Position numbers and translations under genes: made by a program. A stretch of DNA of 64,000 nucleotides from a virus, in the IMG/VR virus record IMGVR_UViG_3300009008_000005, positions 1 through 64,000 of that record; one strand, written 5' to 3'. This document shows positions 19,261 to 29,600 of the stretch, piece after piece; positions within the stretch are counted from its first letter, which is position 1, and each line of letters opens with the position of its first letter. The notes under the pieces were generated by a model that saw only the letters and a program-made list of their open reading frames with translations, did not search any database and had not been told where the DNA came from.

Positions 19261-20868
19261 TCAAGGCTCATCCCACGTATCTCCAGTGTACGTAATCACA
19301 TTGCTGCCCACGGTAACACGCACATAGTAGGAGTGCCCACTCACCAAGGATGGAACAGCCCCGGAGACCGTGATGTTCAGGATCCTCCCCGCACAGTTGA
19401 AAGGGTCGGGAATGTAGTCTTCGTCCAAGTTCTCGTCGAAAAGATACCATACCCAGCTACCCGAGAACTGATCTTCCTCAATGTCTGGAGTAACTTGTAG
19501 GTTCGTGGGACTGAGGACTCGAATTCTGTGCCAGCCTCTAGCTCCTGACTCGCAGCCATAGATGTATAGCAGGTGCCCATCAAACCCAGACCAGAAAGGA
19601 ACTGGTGGGGCCGGTGACGTGAATTCGCTAGCACTTACGAAAGCCCCATCTGTCCCGGACCACAGCATCAGGGCGGAAGTCGACAGGTCATCTATACCTG
19701 CACCTCCATTCGGCATACTGTGGACCGTCTGGTCACCAGCATCGATCAGATCGATGGTTGCCGTTGAGGGTATTCCCCTACCACTCAAGACGATGCGACC
19801 TGGGACTGCTGCTACCTCGAAGGCACCAATGTCCCAGTTGGGTCCCTGCGGACGAGCTGTGCCTGCAAAGTCCTCATCAACTACACCAGGTAGAGACTTA
19901 CCATTATCTTGCAGGGGTGACCCTGTAGCGAAGATGAAATTCCCTGCGACGGGATCTAGAAATAGCGGATCTCCAGACTGCGGGCTGATGCACGCAGGGT
20001 AGTCATCGATGTCCGCTGAGGTACAGTTATAGAAGTGGCAGTTCTCAGGGGCGGGCGTGGAACCATGTGCAATGCTGCCATTGATCCCGTAATTGCAGTC
20101 CATGAATGTACAGTTGTAGATAGCGCTGGCATAGGCGAGAGGTGCGACTGAGATACCCGACACATTTACGTCGTAGAACGTACAGTTGTAGATCTCCGCC
20201 GTTGTCACCCCTGCGCCGATGGCTACGCCAGAGGCGTTCATCTCCTTCACGATGCAATTCTTGAACACATCGCCGTCAGCTACGGTTCCAGCCGAATAGC
20301 GGAAGACACAACGCTCCCAGGTGTTTCCACCCCCCGAGGTACCGGCGAAGGAAGAGACTGCGTAGAACTCGCAGTCATAAACATCCATACCGGTCGCCCC
20401 GGTCTGCACGATAGCTGCGCTGGAAAGCGTGACTCCATCATCAAAGCTGCACTCACCGATCTCCCATCCGCTGGTATTATTTATGTCCAACACTTTGGCC
20501 GGGAAACCGATGAAGTCACACCTGAGAACCGTACCGTCAGATGGACCTCCCCAGGCTAGTAGGGCAGCATCGGTCATGCCGTACCCATTGTCATCGAATA
20601 TGAGGTCCTGGACGGTCGGTCGATCTCCCCAGAACTTCCATTGCCTTGCCTTGATCCCGGAGGGCTGAATCGTAATCAGACCTTCGTCGCCAACGGCTGT
20701 GCGGATGATTACGTCGTCCAGCATGATGTCTATGCCGGTAACCTCGCTGATGATCGTTGGGGCACCGCCAGTAGCGTGGTAAACGAACTCGTCCCCATTG
20801 ATCCCGAAGGGAAGAGCCGTAGCAAAGTCTGGGTAGGTCTGGGCTACGCCGATGTCTAGTACTGGCAT
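19261..20868 (-). CDS. Right-handed beta-helix virion protein (second spike-like protein)
   Basis: 535 aa; IYNCTF repeats; GDPLF...SPLQD.G...D..G..R...WDIGAFE segment typical of beta-helix passenger proteins. Confidence 0.7.
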   Translation of the reverse strand: MPVLDIGVAQTYPDFATALPFGINGDEFVYHATGGAPTIISEVTGIDIMLDDVIIRTAVGDEGLITIQPSGIKARQWKFWGDRPTVQDLIFDDNGYGMTDAALLAWGGPSDGTVLRCDFIGFPAKVLDINNTSGWEIGECSFDDGVTLSSAAIVQTGATGMDVYDCEFYAVSSFAGTSGGGNTWERCVFRYSAGTVADGDVFKNCIVKEMNASGVAIGAGVTTAEIYNCTFYDVNVSGISVAPLAYASAIYNCTFMDCNYGINGSIAHGSTPAPENCHFYNCTSADIDDYPACISPQSGDPLFLDPVAGNFIFATGSPLQDNGKSLPGVVDEDFAGTARPQGPNWDIGAFEVAAVPGRIVLSGRGIPSTATIDLIDAGDQTVHSMPNGGAGIDDLSTSALMLWSGTDGAFVSASEFTSPAPPVPFWSGFDGHLLYIYGCESGARGWHRIRVLSPTNLQVTPDIEEDQFSGSWVWYLFDENLDEDYIPDPFNCAGRILNITVSGAVPSLVSGHSYYVRVTVGSNVITYTGDTWDEP

Positions 20869-20876
20869 CTAGTCTC

Positions 20877-23800
20877 CTACGGGGCCACAGGGATCATTGC
20901 AAGGACAGCGGGGAGGTTCAAGTAGTTCAGGAACTCATACGATGTGAAGCCGTGAGTCCAGTTAGGGATCTTATCTCCGTAGGCTTCCCACCTGAATACT
21001 ACCTGGTCCCTCGCTACGAAGTCCGGGTCTACATTACCCCACTTGAAGTCCTGCCACCATGAGGGCTGGTTTATGAAGGTGACCCCTACCTCCGGGAAAG
21101 CTCCGCCCAAGGGAGCACCTGCAAGAGTTACCGTAGCTCCAACGACATTGGTGACATCCCACATGGCGTTGTTAGCTGCCGTGGCAGAATCAAAGATAAG
21201 GAACTTCTCTCCGATCACAGGAGGAGCACCGGCTGTTACCACGAAGGTCCCTGCGCCTGTGATGTCTCCGGTCTTCACAGCAACCTCTGGAGCCTGCCAG
21301 GTCGAAGGACGTACAACAAAGTCTAGTCCAACCTCATTTACGAAGGGTGCCCCAGCTACAGTAAACTGGTTCGCCCCCAGGTTGATTGCTATGATCCTGT
21401 AGAGGCCGTCATTGGTCAGACCAGAATTATAGATAGCTACGTTCTGACCCACCCAGAAGTTGTTAGCTGCAGCAATGGCACCTGCGTCGCCTGAGTAGTC
21501 GAACACGTTAGGAGCAATGGTCTGCCCGGGATTCCACTCAGACCCTGCAGCTGGACCTGGAGAGTACGCACCAGGTAGAGGGAACTCTACGTCCACGTAG
21601 TCCGTCATAATTGGAGTGTCTACCCACCAGTACTGGCCAAGGTACATGCTGGGGCATGTGTTCTCCTCGCTCAGGTCCAGAGGAGATAAGGTCACTGCAT
21701 CGTGGGGTTGCAGGTCGTCCACCACTAGCCCCTCGTCAACAGCAGCGGAGTGTCCATTGGGCCCGACATAGTAGGAAGTGATGACCCCAGGATTAGATCG
21801 GGGCATCGCACGTCCAATGTCCACCTCGAATACTTCTACGGGGAACCTGTGGGTACTGACCACTGCAATGCGGGCACCGGAGGTTTCCCCCTCCAGTCCG
21901 GCTCCGATTGGGAAGTCTACGTAGTCCGCAGAATCCATACGGATCGGCTCGTCACCTTCGATGTTCCTACGCTGGACAAGCATGAAGCACCGCTGATGGG
22001 TACCCTGGTTTAGGTAATTCGAAATGTACAGGAGACGGGCCCTACCGGGACCTGTCTGGTCAAAAATCCACTCGTTCAACTGGAACCCATCTAGTGCGAT
22101 GTCTCCCTCGATCCAGACGAGGCTCTTCGAATAGTCCTCGTCCCCATCGACCAGGTTCACAGGCTCCACCCGGGACTTCGTCGTGTAGATCTGGTAGACC
22201 GTGCCTGCCCCAACACCTGGGTCCGGGTTCAAGGTTATTTGGGTAGCGGTGTTCGCTGTGATTACACCCGCTGCGGTAGCTGGGTTACCCGTGTATGCGA
22301 CGTCCCCCACCATGGCATTGGGTGTCCAGGTCTTGGTCGAGTCATCGTAGGCGGGCCCCACACCACCGTCAAATACCCCGGAGTCCACGGGCTCCATAGG
22401 AGCATCCGGGTGCCAGCTACCGTCCCCAGAGAAATCGTCTACACGTCCAGCCATGTACCCGGACTCATACACCTCGACGTTGTCCATGACAGTACCGTCT
22501 ACGTCATTGACGATCAGACCTGTCTTCGGGTACCTGTGCGGAAACACCTGCTCAGGTGCATTGCGGATCTCGTAGTCCTCTGTCCCCAATAACGTGAGCC
22601 CTGTGTCCAAAGTAAGAGCGGTGGCAGTGTTAGAAACAACCCTAGCCCATGTCTGGAGCCCTGCTCCCGTAGTAACGAACCGGGCGATGTGACCGGCCCA
22701 CTCATTGATGGTCCAGGCCTTCCCACCATCCGTAGCTACAGGTGAGGCATACGCAGTAAGGGTCCCGTCCTCCAGTACAGGCTGAGTGAACATGGCGTAG
22801 GAGATCGTGTCATGGTGCGCCAGAGAGTAGGAGAAGGTGGGCTTCTCTATGACATCGATGTCCGTCTCGACAACCCGAACATGGATGAAGATCGCCTTGG
22901 AGTACTCCGGCTTGAAGTCATCCACGATCTCTACGAGTTTCTCTAAATCGTCCTCTACGATCGTTCCACCGGACAAGCGAACGGTGAAGGTGTGGAACTT
23001 CTTCAGGTAATCATCACCCTGGAAGTGCTTAGCGAACCATACAGGCCAGGAGACGGCATCCTCGATGTCAATCCCTCCGGCGATAGGCCAGTACTTCTCA
23101 ACCTCGTCCCCTACGGCGTATGGAGCCCCCGTCTTGGGATTCTCCGCCAATCCGAGTGACCGGGTATAGGGGAAGGACAAAATGGTTCCTGTGGCGTCCT
23201 GGACGAAGATACGGCCCTCTGTCGAAGTATAGGTGTCGTTGATGTTTACGACGGTACCTTCGGTCAAGAAGAGCTGTCGGTCCAACAGAGCGTTGGCCAT
23301 CGTCTCCATATTAGAGATCGTGGGCCCGTGCCAGAAGGCGAACCAGATACCAGTGACATCCGACTTGTAGTTATCCTGGTCTACGAGGGGGAAGCCTACC
23401 GCTGCACCGAAGTTCCGATCGATCGTTGGGTCGTTCTCGAACCCAACAAGCTCTGCCCACCAGGTAGATGGGAACGTGGAGTGCTGGGGGACTTCGGCGT
23501 TGAATGTCCCGGCCACAGGAGCTTCATACCCCACTTCCGCAGCAGTCCCATTCCAGTTGTAGGGTGCGAGGACAGTACCGTTATCCAGGTACAGGTAGTC
23601 GACTGGGCCAGCAGGACATGTGATCCGCTTCCCTGCCCAGGATACAGTGGTCGATGTGGTGTTCCACTTTATGTAATGAGCCTCGTCCTTATTCGCAAGC
23701 TCGTAGTCGGAGTACTGGGTATACACCGTCCCGTCAAGTGTGGCGATCTCCTCCTGCAAGTGTGGAACGTCCAAAGCTGAGACGTCTGACCGCAGGTAGG

Positions 23801-26360
23801 TATGTGCTAAGAATTTGGTCAGCTGCGGAGATATTTCGCTGAAATACTCAGTAATGAAGGTCTCGTCTGGATCTTCCTGTGTGAGGATCTGGGACAGGGT
23901 AGCCTTGAACGGAGCAGCATGTGTAGAGTCGGCTACCTGCTCCCCGGTGATGTTGTCGATGATCCACTTACCTACAGGGGCCCAATCCACGAACACGGAG
24001 AAGTCCTCGTAGTTCCACACTGGTACTACGACACTTCCCTCCTCATCACAGATTGTGAACTCCATGGTGGCTAGAGCCCACAAGTGGGGTTTCACAGAGG
24101 ACGTGAACACAGGCTCAAAGATGATGTCTACAAACTCCGTATAGACCTCTAGCACCTGCCAGTCTAGGAAGTCTCCCCAGGCTAGGGTCGTCCCAAGGGT
24201 TCGCTCACAGACATCCACCACGTAGGCCGGGTGTGTACCCGGGACGGGGTCAATGAGTAGAGCTTGCTCACTCTCCGCTTTGATGAGGTAATCCTGATCC
24301 TCGATACGTAGGAGCTTTCCTATGATACCTGAAGGGAAAATGCCTGCATGCAACCTAAACTGCATGCGCTCCTTGCGCTCCTCGATGTAGAACTCGACGT
24401 TGGTGTAGCTCGTAAGCTCCTGCGGTGCCGCAAAATAGGCTGCACCTAGGGCGACGCTGTCGATGGTCCAGGAAGTCCCAGCGTCAGGTCCATTGATTAT
24501 GTGGACCGTGCTGCCCACATCTGCTGCCACGAATGGATACGAGGGCGAACCCATTACATCATCTGTGTGCGGTCCACCGGGATCGTGAACCACCACCCCA
24601 TCGTATCTTCGGAGTGGTACCAGCTCACAGACACCAGTCTTCAGGCCCGATCCAAGTACAGTGTAGGCATCGAGTTCAGTCTCTGCGACGTAGTATGTTG
24701 CGTTCTCGCCTGCGGCCACGCTGTTCACATGGCTCTCGCCGGAGTCCTCGTCTACAAGGAGTGCTTTGAAGGGCCCTCTGACGGGGCGCTCTAGAGGGAG
24801 GAGGTAGGATGATGTGATGTCTGAGTCCCCGTCATCCTGGATCGTACAAGTCAGCCTCTTGTAGCCAGGGTAACCAGAGACCGTAGTAGTCGTATCCTCC
24901 TCGGTGGGAAAACCGACCCATTTCCTCTGGTAGACGGTAGGGATGTCCTGGAGGGTTTTGGCATAGTCGTCCTGCCAGCCCTTGTACAACTCCCCCGTAA
25001 CCGTCTGCATCATTCCAGACCAGATGTGGTCGAAGACCTCCTTGTCTCCCGACACCCTGGTCCAGAAGTCTGGGATGGTCTGCCACATGACGGAACCATC
25101 AGGTACCGTCTCCAGCAGATGTTCAGACGAGGTAGCTACGATCGTTGCTGTTGCCTGGGTACTGTTCTGCGACCCGTCATTCACAGTCAGTCCCAGCACA
25201 TACTGCCCACGGGACATCGGTACGAAGGTGGGCTGTGCCAGGTCGGAGTCGATACCCCCGGAGAGATTCCAGGTGCCAGGAATCACTCCACCAATACCAG
25301 AGTTGGTCAACTCTGAAGTGAATGTATCCGTGATCGTTGCGGAGAATCCGAACTTCAAGGCTTCCTGCATAATGGTGTGCAGGTTCAGGTAACTGGTCGT
25401 CACGGGAGCTACGATCGTTAGGACTGTTCCGATCAACTGAATGCTGAGGACGGGCCCGTGCGAGATGGTGACGGAATAGGTGTTACCGGCAAGTCCGAGG
25501 AATGTGGTGGACACCTTCCACGTGAAGTCTATCGTCGTGTTCGCCTGTACCAGGCCTTCGAGCAGAGGCCTCTCCGCTCCAGAAGGAAACTGCATGATCT
25601 GCCAGGAGTACGTGAGCGCATGCCCGTCTGGGTCATAGCTATCAATACCTGAGAGTTGGGTGGGCTGGCCTGTAACAGCCATGTCCTGGGTAGTGATTAC
25701 AGCTACTGGCTCCGCCGTGGGCAGTAGAGCGTTCGAACTTAGACGGAAGGAGCCTAGGAGGATCTCCCCCTTGCCACACTGGACCTCAACCGCATTCGTG
25801 ACAGACACCAGGGGTTCTGGGGCCGTGATATAGAAGCTCTCAGACAAGGTCGGGGTAGACAGGAACAGATTGATCTTGCTCCCGTCGTTGACCCCCCGTA
25901 CCGTAAGCCACTCGTTGGACTCCAGGAATCTCGAAGTGTCTGAGAGTAGCTGTGGTGTTCCGGACTGAGTCTGGATATGGCCGACACCCTGCTGGCTAAG
26001 GAACAGACGTACTAGGGAACCTTGGGCATCTACCACCCCCAGAAGAATCTTCAGTGGGTCCGACAGGTCAGCAGGGAGAGTCGAGTAGGTACATCGGACG
26101 GTGAACTCGAAGGTGTTCGTAGCCGGGACTACGGACGGATAGAGGATCTGAGATCCCTGCGACAGGAGTAGGTTGTCACCGAAGGTCGTTACCGTACCCG
26201 CCACATAGGAGGTCGGTTGAGTGAGGAATCCGTTCGTGGTATCACTGAGTAAGGCGTCGAAGCTGGTAGGTGTGTCTACCGTTGAGGCTGCACCCGAGAA
26301 CCAGTCGAACAGGTCGAATCCTGCTCCGCCTTCGCTTAGATATGTACGGGGGAGAGCCAT
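20877..26360 (-). CDS. Large baseplate wedge protein with PKD/Ig-like domain
   Basis: 1827 aa; PKD-like SYDPDGHALTYSWQ...LTVNDG; FWHGPTISNM segment; adjacent to baseplate J. Confidence 0.7.
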   Translation of the reverse strand: MALPRTYLSEGGAGFDLFDWFSGAASTVDTPTSFDALLSDTTNGFLTQPTSYVAGTVTTFGDNLLLSQGSQILYPSVVPATNTFEFTVRCTYSTLPADLSDPLKILLGVVDAQGSLVRLFLSQQGVGHIQTQSGTPQLLSDTSRFLESNEWLTVRGVNDGSKINLFLSTPTLSESFYITAPEPLVSVTNAVEVQCGKGEILLGSFRLSSNALLPTAEPVAVITTQDMAVTGQPTQLSGIDSYDPDGHALTYSWQIMQFPSGAERPLLEGLVQANTTIDFTWKVSTTFLGLAGNTYSVTISHGPVLSIQLIGTVLTIVAPVTTSYLNLHTIMQEALKFGFSATITDTFTSELTNSGIGGVIPGTWNLSGGIDSDLAQPTFVPMSRGQYVLGLTVNDGSQNSTQATATIVATSSEHLLETVPDGSVMWQTIPDFWTRVSGDKEVFDHIWSGMMQTVTGELYKGWQDDYAKTLQDIPTVYQRKWVGFPTEEDTTTTVSGYPGYKRLTCTIQDDGDSDITSSYLLPLERPVRGPFKALLVDEDSGESHVNSVAAGENATYYVAETELDAYTVLGSGLKTGVCELVPLRRYDGVVVHDPGGPHTDDVMGSPSYPFVAADVGSTVHIINGPDAGTSWTIDSVALGAAYFAAPQELTSYTNVEFYIEERKERMQFRLHAGIFPSGIIGKLLRIEDQDYLIKAESEQALLIDPVPGTHPAYVVDVCERTLGTTLAWGDFLDWQVLEVYTEFVDIIFEPVFTSSVKPHLWALATMEFTICDEEGSVVVPVWNYEDFSVFVDWAPVGKWIIDNITGEQVADSTHAAPFKATLSQILTQEDPDETFITEYFSEISPQLTKFLAHTYLRSDVSALDVPHLQEEIATLDGTVYTQYSDYELANKDEAHYIKWNTTSTTVSWAGKRITCPAGPVDYLYLDNGTVLAPYNWNGTAAEVGYEAPVAGTFNAEVPQHSTFPSTWWAELVGFENDPTIDRNFGAAVGFPLVDQDNYKSDVTGIWFAFWHGPTISNMETMANALLDRQLFLTEGTVVNINDTYTSTEGRIFVQDATGTILSFPYTRSLGLAENPKTGAPYAVGDEVEKYWPIAGGIDIEDAVSWPVWFAKHFQGDDYLKKFHTFTVRLSGGTIVEDDLEKLVEIVDDFKPEYSKAIFIHVRVVETDIDVIEKPTFSYSLAHHDTISYAMFTQPVLEDGTLTAYASPVATDGGKAWTINEWAGHIARFVTTGAGLQTWARVVSNTATALTLDTGLTLLGTEDYEIRNAPEQVFPHRYPKTGLIVNDVDGTVMDNVEVYESGYMAGRVDDFSGDGSWHPDAPMEPVDSGVFDGGVGPAYDDSTKTWTPNAMVGDVAYTGNPATAAGVITANTATQITLNPDPGVGAGTVYQIYTTKSRVEPVNLVDGDEDYSKSLVWIEGDIALDGFQLNEWIFDQTGPGRARLLYISNYLNQGTHQRCFMLVQRRNIEGDEPIRMDSADYVDFPIGAGLEGETSGARIAVVSTHRFPVEVFEVDIGRAMPRSNPGVITSYYVGPNGHSAAVDEGLVVDDLQPHDAVTLSPLDLSEENTCPSMYLGQYWWVDTPIMTDYVDVEFPLPGAYSPGPAAGSEWNPGQTIAPNVFDYSGDAGAIAAANNFWVGQNVAIYNSGLTNDGLYRIIAINLGANQFTVAGAPFVNEVGLDFVVRPSTWQAPEVAVKTGDITGAGTFVVTAGAPPVIGEKFLIFDSATAANNAMWDVTNVVGATVTLAGAPLGGAFPEVGVTFINQPSWWQDFKWGNVDPDFVARDQVVFRWEAYGDKIPNWTHGFTSYEFLNYLNLPAVLAMIPVAP
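23831..23847. promoter_or_regulatory. Palindromic site copy 3, ATATTTC-GCT-GAAATAC (intragenic)
   Basis: Encodes Y-F-S-E-I on the minus strand. Confidence 0.75.
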
Positions 26361-26622
26361 GGGTAAAACTCCTAGCCTAAGTCAAGATCAGATGCGAGAG
26401 CTGTTGGACGGTGTGGAGGACGTACTCACTCCGCTGGCTGACAAGCTGCAGCTTCCTGCCAAGGACTGTAGCGCCTGCGGTACCCCCATGATCTCCTCTA
26501 TCAACTCAGTCGCACCCTTCGTAGCTGGGGAACTTCTCCCGCAGCCTATCTACCAGTGCCCGGTGTGTGGTCTCACCGTAACACCCTCAGGATCCATTAC
26601 AACGCCGTCTTTGTTAGATTGA
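26359..26622 (+). CDS. Small Zn-ribbon protein oriented against the tail operon
   Basis: CSAC...CPVC; C/G-ending codons; fills the 236-nt gap between two baseplate genes. Confidence 0.55.
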   Translation: MGKTPSLSQDQMRELLDGVEDVLTPLADKLQLPAKDCSACGTPMISSINSVAPFVAGELLPQPIYQCPVCGLTVTPSGSITTPSLLD

Positions 26623-29600
26623 CCTCAATGTTCATGAAGGCGTTGTGTACGGGGAGCGCAAGCAACTCCTCCACGTGCGTGAAGGTGTACGTGCGATCCT
26701 TCGCTATTGTCGTTACAAAGACCGTGGGCTGAGCCTGGATAGAGATCCCATCCTTCTTCAGCTGTGAGATCATCGCACGGATAGAGAACCTCTCCCCGAT
26801 CCCCAAGCTACGGATGTACTCCTCTACCTTCACCTCTGCATCTGCCACTTCTTGGAGTCCGTAGTACGTGGCGGAGATATAGATAGAAGCAGGAATGGAC
26901 ACGCAAGCCAGGGGATTACAGACCACAGTTCTGTAGTAATCGGTCTGCATCATGTAGTGCACATCAGTCACGGGAGGTGCGAAGTTCGCCTTCACAGACA
27001 TCCCATAGCCGATCACAGGATGCGGTGTGTCGTCACGGTAAACCGTGGGAATAACCACCTTGATAGGCTCCGCTGGGCTGAAAGAGTACTCCTCCTCCGT
27101 GGAGTAGGAGAACCCATTAGCTGTCGCATAAGCCACGGACATGTCCGCACGAGATCGTACAAGATGGTCGGGTCCCGGGTAGTAGGAGGACACATCAAGG
27201 TCCACGTAGTGCAGGGTATTCGAGTTGATCATAGCCGTGGACTCGAAGATCTGAGTGCCTGGGCGAACCACCTTGGCATGAAGGAAGGAGAGCGCAGTCA
27301 ACCCTACTGCAGGAGTATCGGGTGCCGTGTTGTACTCGATCAACTCAATCTGAGCCCTGTTGGTAGCCGAGAGTGGAGGGTAGTCGTTCTCTATCCACAC
27401 ACCGTCACGAGGGATCCTGAAAGGTCCCCTGCGAGCTGCGGACAGCACATTGGTTGCGCCCACAGTTAAGAACATTGCCGACACTGCTGTGCCGTACCCG
27501 ACCTCTACATCACTAGAGGAGTTGATGACAAAAATCTCGAACCCACTACCACCTGGGTCGTCCTCTACTGTAATCGTCACAGCCGGGATAGCCTTGTTCA
27601 CTGCGTCAGCTACTTCTTGTGGCGTGAGGTTGTTCTCCACGAAGGTGTAGGTGACTTCCCGGTTGTCTATAAGTAGGACTAGGTTCCGGCCGTCAAGGTT
27701 GAACAAAGGTGTGGCTAAGCCGAAGTCTCCACTCTGGATACCTGCGTGCAGTAGATACACGAGATCCGAATCCCCTGCGTACCCCATGTCTACCTGACTA
27801 CAAGCACGGATATCCTTGGCCCCGAAGTCCACTGACTCACTCTTCAGGAACCAGTCAGTACCACCTACAAGGTCTGTGACCAGATCACTACCTGCGGTCT
27901 CGTCCTTCCAGATCTCTGCGGCGGTGTCCGGGTCTGGGATGAAGACCTTCCCTTCATCGTCCGTGATCCTAACGTCAGGTCCGAACTCCACACGGGTGGG
28001 AGACTTGAAGTAACACCGGGCTGTGCCCTGTGGTGCAGGCCCGATCTCGTATTCCAGAGCCGTCTCGGAAGTAGTCACCAACAAGCCATGCGCAATGACG
28101 TAGGTCGCCTGGACTTCTGTGATTGTGTAGGCTCCCGCAACCAAACCTTCCTTAATATACAGGATGTCTCCTGCTGTGACCCCAGAAGCCTGGAAGTCGC
28201 CTACAAGGTCATAGAAGTTGTATGGGTTGGCCACGTCTACGGAGCCATCCGTCGCAGACTCCCCAGCAGCGGGAAGTGTGAGGGTATTCCCTCTCATTGA
28301 AGCAGCTTCCACACGAGCGCCCATAGGATTCCCGTAAGGAAGAGCCATCTTGGAAGGAACTTCGCCTGCGGTGAGAAGCGTGAGGTTGGCTATCTCCCCA
28401 CAAGGGAATCCGACCTGCCCCTGGTTCTTATACACCGTGAAGTGTAGGGAAGACTCCCCTCCTTGCAGAGTACTGGCCAGGACCAGAGAGTTGTTCTTCA
28501 CAGAGTTGATGATGTGGGTTCCGATATCTACACCCTCCAAGATCTGGAGCGTATCGGCAGGCTGTACTCCGGCGGCGACGAAGTCGAAACCAAGGCTCAC
28601 GACGACAGACGAATTTACGTTCGTGGTGAGGTCGTCCCCATTGCGGATCCTATACCACTTGTTGGGTGCCAGTGAGGCCGTAACCTTGTTCACGATCACG
28701 AACTCAAGCTGTGTCTCTCCACCAGGGTTGAAGGGCGGATAGACCCTCAGCTCCGAGGCTGATGCCGGATTCTGCCCAATGATCAGGAAGCTCTTGAAGT
28801 AGTCAGCACTCTCTGGTGGACCAGTAATGATCAGAAGATCCCCAGGTGTCCAAAGGTATGAGGATAGCTCCGGAGAGAAGAACTTACCGTCCTCTGCAGG
28901 GAAAGCCCCGAAAACTCCGGATACGCCTTGTCCTCCGGATGTACCGTTGAACGGGGACGGGTGGACGACATCATCATTGTCGAAGGATGCGAACGGTGTT
29001 ATCGAGATATTCACGTCTGCAAGCTCGGAGGGCTTGCAATATACATCCATCATCCCGCCTACGTGGATCGTATTATCGGTGACCTCCATGGGCCCTGCAT
29101 ACTGCGGGACCTGACCCAGTAGAATCCTGCCTGCTCCGTCCTCCTGGGTCATGAGCTTCGCAGCACTCCAGTCAAAGGCCATGTCCTCCAGCTCATAGGT
29201 ATTAGCCGATGCACCAAATCCTATGTCATTGATGTCCGGTAAGCCGAAGGTGTAGTAGGACCCGTAGAACCTGATGGGGAACGAATCGTCAGCGCCCAGA
29301 TACAAAGGGTCATCTAAGGTAAGCATCCCGAAGGGGAAAGGGTTTCCCTTGGAGGGCGTAGCCGGAACAGCCCAATCGTCAATGTCGAACGCAGGTAGTC
29401 TACTAGAGGGTACACGAATGATCGCCCAGTTCGTTCCAGCCCATGCTTTATGCGCATGGTTACCTGAAGCGACCGTATTCGGACGTACCTCGGGGTAGTT
29501 CTCTCCTACGTGGCAGTTAGCCCCGGTGAACGTGTACAACCCGAAAGTAGTCCATGCGGGGAGGAATGACGAGGGCCACGATACCGCAGTGAAGGGGCCC

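Noticed and set aside
26405-26596. Short minus-strand ORFs (15 and 33 codons) in the gap between baseplate genes
   Set aside because: They are less coding-like than the plus-strand Zn-ribbon ORF occupying the same DNA.
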